Source: a virus (taxonomy: Duplodnaviria > Caudoviricetes). From it: a stretch of DNA of 64,000 bases. Positions 1 to 10,200 of this stretch are shown in pieces. Below the pieces are notes generated by a model that made no database searches, was not told the origin of the DNA, and saw only the letters and a program-made list of their open reading frames with translations. Every line of letters starts with the position of its first letter. The stretch's first letter is position 1. The position numbers and the translations under genes are program-made. Location of the stretch: positions 1 through 64,000 of the IMG/VR virus record IMGVR_UViG_3300031813_000005; one strand, 5' to 3'.

Positions 1-329
1 GCTATAATTTGGTCAGCAAAATTAGAAAGAAGTTCTCCTAATGCTATAATAGTTCCATCTGCTAATGTAACTTGAATGCCAAATAATTCCATTAATTGTG
101 TTTGTGTTAATGTTAATTGATTTAGTTGTTTTGTAGTATAAACACCTACTTTATTATTATTAACATCTAATTCATATGTAGTAGACTGTGGTATAATAGA
201 AGCGCCAAAATTAACTGAAACAGAGCCATTAAGATTATCTACAACATCTCTATTAATTAACATTACTCTTGATGCTGTTTCTTGCTGTAATGTATATGTA
301 ATTGGTGTTGCTACTTGTTGTATTGCCAT
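1..329 (-). CDS. Hypothetical protein, partial (runs off the window); possibly fibre-associated
   Basis: Not in the ORF track. Hand translation from ATG 329 gives MAIQQVATPITYTLQQETASRVMLINRDVV... and stays open to base 1. AAGGA RBS upstream; follows the collagen fibre gene. Confidence 0.75.
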   Translation of the reverse strand, partial: MAIQQVATPITYTLQQETASRVMLINRDVVDNLNGSVSVNFGASIIPQSTTYELDVNNNKVGVYTTKQLNQLTLTQTQLMELFGIQVTLADGTIIALGELLSNFADQII

Positions 330-356
330 TTTATTATTCCTTTTATAATTAGTTAT

Positions 357-3300
357 TTACCATGTTGGTATTTCTGTAATAGTGAAAGAGTTGCCTATAG
401 CAGAAATTGCTGTATCTCCTGTTATGGTTGGAGATGGGCTACCCGTTTGATAATAACCCATAGCAGTTAATAAATCTCCAACTGATGCTGAATAAATACC
501 AGACATTTTTGTAGTTATATTTGTACTACTGGTCATAAACATTTGGTCTCTTGGGCAAAGACCAGTAGCTGTTCCACCAATTCCAAGCTGTATATAACAC
601 ATAGTTCCAGATGAGTTAGACGCCCATAGTATTCTTCCGTCATAATTATATACTCCAGCACGTTGTATAGAAATTCTATGGTTTGGTAAATCTTGCATTG
701 CTGCTGGAGCTTTTAGAACAAGCGAAGTATCAAAAGCAATAGTAGTAAACGTAACATTAGCAAAAGTTTGGTTTGCTAACATATGTATACCAGCAACCAT
801 TGGTATAGTTCTACCACCAACCTTATTCCACGATACTCCATTAGATTTTAACTCACACGATTCGCCAGCCCACATTATTCTTGTATTTTGACCATCTATT
901 AGTTCTGATGCGTTGCCAGTTACTGTTACTAAATATGTAGAACTTGGGTCTATTCTAATACCAATAAATTGACCAGAACACGATGCTGCTGGTGGTAATG
1001 TTAAAGCATAATTAGCTGACGTAGCTGTACAATTATGCCAACATCTCAATGTAGCTGTAGCTGTTGTAGATATTTGTATTTCAGCATTAGCAATTGTTGC
1101 TAATCTATCTCCAGCAGCAACTGTACCGCCTGAAGAAAAGACATCACACCTTAAACTATTTAATGCTGGGGCAGAACTAAATACTAATGTACATTGTGTA
1201 GATGATGTATTTCTTACTTCAACACCTGATGTAACTTGTCTATAATTTCCTGTTAATTCCCATACAGATACATTCAAATCCTGTGTTCCGAGATTGTGTG
1301 TTATTGTATAGGATAAAGAAGCGCCATCACCGAATGTTTGTGAATATGACGGAGAACCTTGTGCAAAATTGCCTTGAGATATTTTACGAACTCTCCATCG
1401 CCAAAAATATGGAGTAGCTCTAACTGTTGCCCAATCGAAGGCGGCAGATCCATATGTTGTTCCTTGAACTCTGCCAGCATTACTAAAACTAACAGTTATA
1501 TTGCCACCCGAAACAACTAAACATGCTCCATAGGGTACATTTCCAGAATAACCACTTCCTATGCCATTTGCAAATGTACTACCAACAACAGACCATTGTG
1601 TACCTGCATCGCCACTAACAGTATCTATTTCCAAAAGTACTAAATCAGTTGGTTTTATTGGTGTAGCTGGAATAAAAGTATACAGTGTAACGGTTGTGGC
1701 TGACGTTGAACTTATTGTTACAGCTGGAACAAGACTACCGGAAGAACTTCTTATAGGATTAACTGAAGTATATCCAGTATTAGCTGCAACCCCTTCCCCA
1801 GTTCCAGTTCCATCACAAGAATAATATTCTGTAAAATTAGTTAAAAGATTTATATTTGATGACCACTGTGAAATAGGCACAGAAAACTTCATTGTTAAAA
1901 TATCGCCAGATACAGATGGATTAGACCATAATGTACCACTTCCAGTTAAAGTTACAGTTGTAGAAGATGCCCATATCATTCCACCAAAATATTCTGTGTT
2001 AGGAGAATGCCACATAGTAGCAATACCAATTCGCGAATCGACAACAAATGGAATAACACTGGAATCAATTGTAAGCCCATTTGGTATAGTTGTAGTATAA
2101 CTGGATAACGAAGAAGTACTTCCCCAAATAATTTGAATATTGACTTCCATAGTATTTCCAACTCTACGGTAAGCACCTGACATGCTCCCATTTCCTATAG
2201 TAATACCTATTGTTGGAGTAAAAGCGATCCAAGGGCCAATAGCAGCAGCTACAGCAGATGGTTGTATAGTTGTTAACTGCGTTTCTAATGATACGCCAGA
2301 AGAGTCTATAAATGACCCAGCAGTTAAAGCAGCTGTAGATGGGTTAAAAGTAAGTTTTGTAGAAGATGTTTTTAATGTAGAACCACCAGCAGTAGTATCA
2401 ATTACTGGATAATATGTAGCATTAGTAGCATTATCATCAGTTACAGTTACTGAACCACCAACACCTGTTACATATATAGCACCAGAACCAGAAAACGCTA
2501 ATCCCGTTGCTAATGCTATACCATATGGAACACCAGTAGTTCCAGTATTATTTCCTAATAATACAGCATTACCTATTGTATAAGAACCTGCTGTTCCTGT
2601 ATTTCCTGTTGCTCCAGTAGCACCGGTATTTCCAGTTTGTCCTGTAGCTCCAGTTACAGTAGAAGTTGGACCTGAATTACCGGTAGCACCTATTGCGCCA
2701 GTTGAACCAGAATTGCCAGTATTTCCTTGATTACCAGTACTACCACTATTACCGGTATTACCATTACTACCAACAGAACCAGTGGTGCCAGATTGTCCTG
2801 TATTACCTTGTGAACCAGTTGACCCACTTTGTCCCGTATTTCCTGTACCACCTGTGCTCCCACTATTGCCTGTTAAACCTACATTACCAGTAGCACCAGT
2901 AGAGCCAGAACTCCCAGTAAGCCCAAGGTTGCCAGTAGAGCCAGAGTTGCCTGTGAAACCTTGGGAGCCAGTATTTCCGGACTGTCCTGTTGCTCCCGTA
3001 CTTCCCGTGTTGCCAGTGCTGCCAGTCTGTCCTGATTGGCCTGTAGGACCCGTATACCCCGCCTGACCTGTGTTTCCCGTTTGACCCGTTGCTCCCGATC
3101 CACCAATGCCTCCTGTTGAACCACTATTACCTGTTAAACCTATATTTCCTGTAGAACCAGTTGTTCCAGTTCCACCTACACCTCCAGTAGCTCCGCTATT
3201 ACCAGTTGGCCCAGTTACGCCTGTAATACCAACATTAGTTCCTGTTGGGCCAGTTATACCGGTAGCTCCTGTAGAGCCTGTTCCACTAATAATAGGGACT

Positions 3301-4733
3301 TCAGAACCAATTGGTCCCATTTTCCAAACTTGACCAATCTCACTCCATATTAATCTCTGGTCAACAGCAGAACCTCTATCTACTCTTAAACCGGCTACAC
3401 CTGAAGTTACTCCATTACCAATCTCGCCGCTGTTTAGTAATAATATATTATCTTGAACAACAACAGTAGTAGAATCGACAGTAGTACTTGTACCATTAAA
3501 TGTAACATTACCATTAAACGTTACAGGATTACTAACAGTTAAACTGCCGTTAATATATGTATTTGGTGTTGTAATAGTTAAATCAGTAGTAGCGCCTATA
3601 TCTACTTGACCGCCGGCTCCAGTAGAAGAAATACTTACAGGAGAATTAGTACCACTTGCGGTTAAATATACACCAGCTGTAGAAACTATTTGTGATAATC
3701 CCGCTCCAGTAGTTATCATTTCAATAGTCTGGTCTGGGTCTGCTGTAATTTTAATAGTTGTTCCAGATGTTCCTAATACTGGAGTATCGCCTAAATATAA
3801 AGTATTAGTAGCTAAATAAGCAGTATCTACATAAATAGCACTAAATCTGGCTCCTGTAGCACCTATAGTTTGTCCTGTTGACGTTGGTAAGATATTTCCG
3901 GATATAGAAAAACCACCATTAAATGTTTGTTGAGCACTCCAAGTATGAGAAGCACTTTGTGTAGAGGATAAACTTAAATTACCGGAACTTAAATTAAAAT
4001 CAGAGGACGGTGTAATTTCTTGTGGGACACCAATACCTGATATAGTTCTTCCTAATAGAGTTCCAGAATCCATTACAAAGGTTCCTGGATTTCCAGTAGA
4101 ACCAGTTACCCCAGTATTGCCAGTAAGACCACTATTGCCAGTATTGCCAGTAACCCCGCTGGGACCACTAACGCCTGTATACCCGGTGACTCCTTGATTA
4201 CCAGTGTTTCCAGTTTGCCCTGTCGCTCCGCTATAACCCGTGCCACCACTATTGCCAGTTTTTCCTGTTTGTCCTGTATTGCCTGTAAAACCTGTTTGAC
4301 CCGTTGCTCCCGACCCACCAATACCTCCTGTAGCACCGCTATTACCTGTTGGTCCCGTAGTTCCAGTCACACCAGCACCAGCGCCTGTTGGTCCTACTAA
4401 TCCAGTAGCACCAGTAGATCCGGTAGTTCCACCACCAGAACCAGTAACTACACTCAAAGGTTGTATCCAAATACCAGGAGCTATATATTGATGAACTGCT
4501 GTATTATCAGTACCATAATCAACATTATATATTAAAAACCCAGGCTGTGTTGTAGAAGATATATTATTTTGTGAATAAGTATTTATTTTTGGTAAGACAA
4601 ACGCCATCTCATCTACAGTATCGGCACCTATATAAAATGGCCCCAATAAATAGTACTTTGAAGTATCAATAACAGATGTATATGACACAACTTGGTTTGT
4701 AGCATTTGATAATAAATCAGTTAAATCTGCCAT
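357..4733 (-). CDS. Collagen-like tail fibre/appendage protein
   Basis: Two long Gly-X-Y (mostly G-x-T/S) tracts separated by a beta-rich segment; THNLG-type beta module; beta-sandwich-like C-terminus (TIAFD...AGVY). Confidence 0.85.
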   Translation of the reverse strand: MADLTDLLSNATNQVVSYTSVIDTSKYYLLGPFYIGADTVDEMAFVLPKINTYSQNNISSTTQPGFLIYNVDYGTDNTAVHQYIAPGIWIQPLSVVTGSGGGTTGSTGATGLVGPTGAGAGVTGTTGPTGNSGATGGIGGSGATGQTGFTGNTGQTGKTGNSGGTGYSGATGQTGNTGNQGVTGYTGVSGPSGVTGNTGNSGLTGNTGVTGSTGNPGTFVMDSGTLLGRTISGIGVPQEITPSSDFNLSSGNLSLSSTQSASHTWSAQQTFNGGFSISGNILPTSTGQTIGATGARFSAIYVDTAYLATNTLYLGDTPVLGTSGTTIKITADPDQTIEMITTGAGLSQIVSTAGVYLTASGTNSPVSISSTGAGGQVDIGATTDLTITTPNTYINGSLTVSNPVTFNGNVTFNGTSTTVDSTTVVVQDNILLLNSGEIGNGVTSGVAGLRVDRGSAVDQRLIWSEIGQVWKMGPIGSEVPIISGTGSTGATGITGPTGTNVGITGVTGPTGNSGATGGVGGTGTTGSTGNIGLTGNSGSTGGIGGSGATGQTGNTGQAGYTGPTGQSGQTGSTGNTGSTGATGQSGNTGSQGFTGNSGSTGNLGLTGSSGSTGATGNVGLTGNSGSTGGTGNTGQSGSTGSQGNTGQSGTTGSVGSNGNTGNSGSTGNQGNTGNSGSTGAIGATGNSGPTSTVTGATGQTGNTGATGATGNTGTAGSYTIGNAVLLGNNTGTTGVPYGIALATGLAFSGSGAIYVTGVGGSVTVTDDNATNATYYPVIDTTAGGSTLKTSSTKLTFNPSTAALTAGSFIDSSGVSLETQLTTIQPSAVAAAIGPWIAFTPTIGITIGNGSMSGAYRRVGNTMEVNIQIIWGSTSSLSSYTTTIPNGLTIDSSVIPFVVDSRIGIATMWHSPNTEYFGGMIWASSTTVTLTGSGTLWSNPSVSGDILTMKFSVPISQWSSNINLLTNFTEYYSCDGTGTGEGVAANTGYTSVNPIRSSSGSLVPAVTISSTSATTVTLYTFIPATPIKPTDLVLLEIDTVSGDAGTQWSVVGSTFANGIGSGYSGNVPYGACLVVSGGNITVSFSNAGRVQGTTYGSAAFDWATVRATPYFWRWRVRKISQGNFAQGSPSYSQTFGDGASLSYTITHNLGTQDLNVSVWELTGNYRQVTSGVEVRNTSSTQCTLVFSSAPALNSLRCDVFSSGGTVAAGDRLATIANAEIQISTTATATLRCWHNCTATSANYALTLPPAASCSGQFIGIRIDPSSTYLVTVTGNASELIDGQNTRIMWAGESCELKSNGVSWNKVGGRTIPMVAGIHMLANQTFANVTFTTIAFDTSLVLKAPAAMQDLPNHRISIQRAGVYNYDGRILWASNSSGTMCYIQLGIGGTATGLCPRDQMFMTSSTNITTKMSGIYSASVGDLLTAMGYYQTGSPSPTITGDTAISAIGNSFTITEIPTW

Positions 4734-4753
4734 TTAAACAACATTCCCTACTA

Positions 4754-4761
4754 AATTAATT
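4754..4761. promoter_or_regulatory. Palindromic late-promoter motif AATTAATT between divergent genes
   Basis: Inside CTACTA-AATTAAT-TAGTAG; 20 nt from ATG 4733 (-) and 31 nt from ATG 4793 (+). Confidence 0.5.
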
Positions 4762-4792
4762 AGTAGAACAACATCTATTTGGATATCTATCA

Positions 4793-5209
4793 ATGGCAGA
4801 CCAAGAGTTTAAAAGCGCAATTTCAGATACAATTACAAACCTCTTATCCTCTGCGAAGGAGAGACGAGCCAAGAACACTCTTGACTATGGAACTTTCCTA
4901 TCTGATATTAAAAAAGAAATGATTAAGACAGATTTACCATTTTATAATATATATCATTCTAAAACAAATAGAAATATAATTATATTAGAATTACCGTTCT
5001 GTAAAGAATGCGAAATTGCTATTACTCCAACTATGTTTGGGAGCAATAAAAAAGAAGCAAGCATTAAAATTAATGGTGTTCTTACGCGTAAGATAGGTTT
5101 AAAACAGTTCGATTCCGATTATATGGCTCAAGTAGCTTATGCCCTGATTGATTATTTAAAGAGATTTCTAATCGTTAAAAACCGTATAATCACTAATAAA
5201 AGCGCTTAA
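4793..5209 (+). CDS. Hypothetical protein
   Basis: 138-aa ORF with ATG and GGA RBS; divergent from the fibre gene; 3' end overlaps the endonuclease gene. Confidence 0.65.
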   Translation: MADQEFKSAISDTITNLLSSAKERRAKNTLDYGTFLSDIKKEMIKTDLPFYNIYHSKTNRNIIILELPFCKECEIAITPTMFGSNKKEASIKINGVLTRKIGLKQFDSDYMAQVAYALIDYLKRFLIVKNRIITNKSA

Positions 5210-6220
5210 ATCTTTTATATTATATGGAATAACTATTAGTTTAATATTATTTTCTTTACAATACTGTTCTTTTATTTTATCTCGGTATTGATAAGAATTA
5301 AACTGTTCTTTTGTTTTATGCCAGTAATTCGGATATTCATAATGCTGTATTCCATGATATTCAAAAGCTATTTTATGTTCTTCATTATATCCATCAAACT
5401 CATATATAGAATTATTGTATTTAAATCTTGTTTTCTTTAATTTAAATCCAAGTTTATTCTCCAATAATTGTTTTACTAACTGTTCTGTTTTAAATCGAGA
5501 ACACTCTAAACACCATTTTCCCTGTAATATATTGTTCCAAGTAGCTTTCCAAATATGACCTTTTTCACACTGCCATTCTAATAATAAACCTGCCTTATTA
5601 TATAATGTAGATAATAACAATCCATTTTTATTTTTAGCATATTGTTGTATATCAGACAATTTCCATTTTTTGTTTTCTATATTACAAGTAGGACACCAAG
5701 TATTATTAAAAATATTTTTCCATTTAGCTTTCCAAATATGACCTTTTTCACACTGCCAATCTAAATCTGTATTATTATCAATATATTTTAATGATAATAA
5801 TTTACCATTTTTACTTTCTGCCCAATCAGATAATCTACCAAGAGATACAGCTCCTTTATTATCACAACGCTGACACCAAATATTATGTTGTTTTATTTGT
5901 GTCCAGGAACATGTCCAAACATGCCCTTTCTCGCATTTCCAATCATAATAATCATTAGAAGTTTTATATTTTGTGGATAATAAAAAACCTTTTTTAGTTT
6001 TAGCGTACACTTGTAAATCTTTTATATCTGGACTTTTATGTCCACACTTTGGACACCACGTTTTTTTATTCTTAATATTATTCCAAGTGGCTTTCCAAAT
6101 ATGACCTTTTTCACATTGCCAAATGTATTGTTTAGTTATTCCTATATATTCAGAAGACACTAAAAATCCACCTTTATTTGTGGCGAAATCTTTAAGCTGT
6201 TCTATATTATTTTTCTTCAT
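5168..6220 (-). CDS. Free-standing putative homing endonuclease: four Zn-finger repeats plus C-terminal PD-(D/E)xK domain
   Basis: Four ~60-aa repeats KxGxLxSxxY...W(Q/K)CEKGHxW...WCxxC, then EFDGYNEEHKIAFEYHGIQHY...RDKIKEQYCKENNIKLIVIPY. Lys-rich and very AT-rich. Confidence 0.75.
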   Translation of the reverse strand: MKKNNIEQLKDFATNKGGFLVSSEYIGITKQYIWQCEKGHIWKATWNNIKNKKTWCPKCGHKSPDIKDLQVYAKTKKGFLLSTKYKTSNDYYDWKCEKGHVWTCSWTQIKQHNIWCQRCDNKGAVSLGRLSDWAESKNGKLLSLKYIDNNTDLDWQCEKGHIWKAKWKNIFNNTWCPTCNIENKKWKLSDIQQYAKNKNGLLLSTLYNKAGLLLEWQCEKGHIWKATWNNILQGKWCLECSRFKTEQLVKQLLENKLGFKLKKTRFKYNNSIYEFDGYNEEHKIAFEYHGIQHYEYPNYWHKTKEQFNSYQYRDKIKEQYCKENNIKLIVIPYNIKDLSAFISDYTVFND

Positions 6221-6302
6221 ATATTTAATTGCGGAATTAACGCAGATTTTATATAACTAAATATAAAATAATTTAATAAATAATTAATACTAATATAAAT
6301 AT

Positions 6303-6333
6303 AAAAGGCCATTCTTTATTCATAATAGGGCCT
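6303..6333 (-). terminator. Imperfect intrinsic terminator downstream of hemerythrin
   Basis: AGGCC...GGCCT stem followed by TTTTAT on the minus strand. Confidence 0.4.
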
Positions 6334-6403
6334 AAAACTAATTGAAACTATTATATGCTATCTTTTTTTCATATAATAATTTCTTTTATTAATAAGCTTC
6401 TAA

Positions 6404-6811
6404 TTAGAAGCCCAATTCCATACTTGTTGCGTCTATTTCTTTTTGTCTTCGTATATGTTCTACCATACTAACATCATATGTTGTTATATGATTAACAAAC
6501 ACTTCTTGAATATAAGAACCAGCTGAACCGCCAGTTTTTATAAATAAACCTAAAGATTTTATAAAACTTTCTTGAAGACCTTGATGTGCTGTAATATGTT
6601 CTTTCATATCCGGAACATAATATAAAGTCATCATATTTTCTTCATCTTTTATATGTTCATTAACATAGTGTAATAACTTTTCACACATAGCAATTCTTGA
6701 TGCCTTAGATAACATAGGCTCTTGTAGTTTCTCTAAAACAGAGAATATCTGTTGATGCTCTAAATCTATTCGAGCATCACCAAGCAAAATATCCTGTTTA
6801 TTGAATATCAT
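6404..6811 (-). CDS. Hemerythrin (bacteriohemerythrin-like di-iron protein)
   Basis: LGDARIDLEH, HxxxE, HxxxH and HxxxxD motifs give all seven ligands: H19, H53, E57, H72, H76, H108, D113. Confidence 0.9.
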   Translation of the reverse strand: MIFNKQDILLGDARIDLEHQQIFSVLEKLQEPMLSKASRIAMCEKLLHYVNEHIKDEENMMTLYYVPDMKEHITAHQGLQESFIKSLGLFIKTGGSAGSYIQEVFVNHITTYDVSMVEHIRRQKEIDATSMELGF

Positions 6812-6822
6812 ATAAGCAACTC

Positions 6823-7188
6823 TTAATTTTGAATTGCTTTATATCCAGCAATAAAAGCAGATTGAGCGGCGGTTTGTACAGACGCAGATTGTTCGTTAAG
6901 TAAAATATTATTACCACCATTGATAGGGCTTAACCAATTTGTCCAAGCTACCTGCGGTCCTGGAGCATTAATTCCAATAGAGCTTTTCCAACCAGCTATA
7001 AAAACATTATTAAGAAATGCTATATCATTTGCTGTCCAGGCTGGGTTTGTATTGGCATTTAACCAAACTATCCAAGCATCATTTTGTGAAACAGAGACTA
7101 CAACAGTTCCAGTTGATTTTTTCTTTGATACAAAATAAATAACTAATCCAACGACTACTAATACAGTTATAACAGCTAAAGTATTCAT
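6823..7188 (-). CDS. Single-pass membrane protein with internal duplication
   Basis: N-terminal hydrophobic helix LAVITVLVVVGLVIYFV followed by KKK. Start moved to ATG 7188 because GGAG RBS and the late motif lie just upstream. Confidence 0.7.
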   Translation of the reverse strand: MNTLAVITVLVVVGLVIYFVSKKKSTGTVVVSVSQNDAWIVWLNANTNPAWTANDIAFLNNVFIAGWKSSIGINAPGPQVAWTNWLSPINGGNNILLNEQSASVQTAAQSAFIAGYKAIQN

Positions 7189-7220
7189 ATTATTCTCCAC
7201 AAGTTAATTCTTAAAATAAA

Positions 7221-10200
7221 TTAAAACTCTGTTACATACAAAGTTCCAGTAGTTGTACTGGTACCACCAGTTGGACAAACCATAGAAATATCTACCCAAT
7301 ATTGAGTACCTATTGTAAGACCAGATATAGCCATAGAACTTCCAGAATAATATTCATGTAAAACATTCACAGAAATAGTAAATGTAAAATATTGTGTACC
7401 AAATAATCCAGGAACAGCTGTTCCAGTAGAAGCTGCTCCAGCAGCTGGTTTAGTTCCTGTTCCATACATTACTTGATAAGTAGCTGTACCTGCTCCAGTA
7501 CTATTAACTATAGCTGCTGGGAAAAATATAAGAAGGCGCGTCGAGGTGCTTGGTGTAATATAAATACCTTGCCCAGACATAAAAGTACCATTACTATTGG
7601 AATAACTAATAGAACCTGTAGAAATAGTCGGAGAAAATACTTTATTGACTACTGTAGCTACTTGATGGCCACCAAAATTGGCATTAGTTCCTAACTCAAA
7701 CTGAACATTTGTTGTAGAACCATCACCAAGAAATGTAGTTGGATACGCTGTTCCAGATAATTTAAATCCAACTGGAGCGGTTGATGTTGTACCAACAGCA
7801 TAGTTTGTAGAACGTATTGTATTAGTAACTGAAAAATCAGATATTAGTTTATTAGCAGTTAAAGTATTAGTAGTTACGCTTCCGCCATCTATTGTAGTTG
7901 TATTTGAACCACCATTAGCGGTATTAATAGCTCCAACAATACCATTAGCGCCAGTAATAACAATTTTTCCACCGTTAATTGTAGTACTGTTAGCATTAAC
8001 ATCAGCAGCGGCACCGCCAACTGGAACATAAGAACCTGAAATAGTTACAATACCATTAAATGTTAATGTATGATGCGTTCCATCATAAGAAAAATAAGGC
8101 GTTCCAGTATTCGGGTCTACAAGATTAAATTGTGAAGCGTCTAGTGTAAATGTAGATGCTGTTGAAGATAACGTAGTATCTGTTAATAAACAAGTGACAT
8201 TACAATATGGTCCAGAACTACCTACATTAAATGTAATACTTGAACCAGTAGTTCCAGATGTAATTGTTCCGTTAGTTATAGTCCAACTATATGTATAAGT
8301 ATGTCCAGAAATCAAAGAATTACTATTTATACTTGCTGTTAAACCTGTTGTAGATGGAGCAACGTTAGCGGGAGCGCTGTCTATTACAGGATATGTAGTA
8401 TTTGAACCTGATAATGGTTGTGCTATAACATTCATAGAAGCAACAGCATTTGAAACGGTAGAAATTGTTCCACCATGACCATCAGATGTTGTATCAATTA
8501 TCTTACAAGCTAATGTTACAGTTCCACCAAAACCAGCATTAAATGTTACGCTATTTCCTGTTGTGCTTCCTGATATAGTTCCACCAGAAATAGCCCATAA
8601 ATATGAAGTATGCCCTGTAGGTACAGATGCTGTATATGGCCCAGCATAATGTGTAGCTCCATAAGCATAACTATTAGCCGGAACTCCAGAAACTATAATA
8701 GTATTTGTTTGACCTGTAAATGGAACTATAGCAACAGTGGCTATAGCAGACGATTCGTTGCCAGCAGATAATGACATTCCCATAGAACCGTGCAGACCAG
8801 TATTTAATGTTAATCCATAAGTAGCTGAAGTTCCGTTAGTTGATGTTTGCGATGTAACAACAGAAGAGTTTTGGTTTCCTATTGTAGTTCCTAAAGCATT
8901 AATCGCATCTGCTATTGCTATACCTTGAGCAGTATATGTACTAAAAGCATTATTAATTTGTGAACTTATTTGTGTATATGTTCCACCAGTTAAGGTATTA
9001 AAATTAGAATTTAATGTGCTAAAAGAAGAGGCTGAAGCGTAATTTACACTTGCTGCCGTAATAGCACCGGAAGTATAAGTTGCTATAGATGTTATTGCTC
9101 CAGAACCAGTTAATGTTTGAACTTGACTGTTTAATGTGCTAAAAGATGAAGCTGAAGCATACCCTGTTCCAGCTGTTGTAATTGCGCTGGAAACATAAGA
9201 TGATATTGATGTTATTGCTCCAGAGTCAGTTAATGTACTTACTTGTGATGTTATTGCTGTAAGTTCACCAGCAGAAGCATAATCAGAACTTATTGCTGTT
9301 GTATATGCTGTGACGTATGAAGCAATAGATTGACCACCTAAACCAGTTGTTAAAGTATTATATTCAGAAACACCGGCATTAATCTGATATTGTAATTTTC
9401 CAAAAGCAGCAGCAACTGTATCTGTATTAGCTATTGGACCTAAATTAGAAGATGGATATGTATAAAAAGATATTACAGTATCCCCAAGTCTTGCTGGGCT
9501 TAAGAAATATAAACTTCCAGCTTCTGGTATATTTGCTGTTGTTAAACTTACAGCACCAGTAAATGTATTTACAGATATAACTTCTGTAGCAGAACCATTA
9601 ATTTTATCCCAATGAGCGCCATCAAATACAGCGTCATCACCAATGTTCCAATTTGAAATACCATCTAATGTAGTAGTTCCAGCAACAGATACTTTAAAGT
9701 ATTGTCCTTTTGTTCCTACACCAGAAACTAATGCTGGTGAATTAGTAGCAGCATTCCATGTTCCTTGATAATTTAGAGACCCTATAATAGATGAGGGTAA
9801 TATAGAAAGAGGTATTTTTCCAGAACCATCAGTTCCAGCTAAACCGTTTGGATTGGCTAATAAATAGTTTATTTCATCTGTAACAAACTTTGTAGTAGCA
9901 AATTGTGTATTACCACCAGTTGCTAATGTTACAGGAGAAAAACTAATACTTGTGGTTGTTGCTTCTGTAAAAGCATTAATGCCATAAAAAGTATTATTTG
10001 AAGTAGTATTTACAGCACCTGATAGATTTATATCTCCAGAACCTGACAAATCATTAAGATGGAAGTTCCAGGCAGAAGAAGTATTATTCCATTGTAAAGA
10101 TAAGTGAGGATTGGTGGAAATACCTGGAGTTGTAGTAGTTTGAAATACTAAATATTTAGGAGTTGTTGAAGAATCAGATGGATTACCAATGACAAAATCA

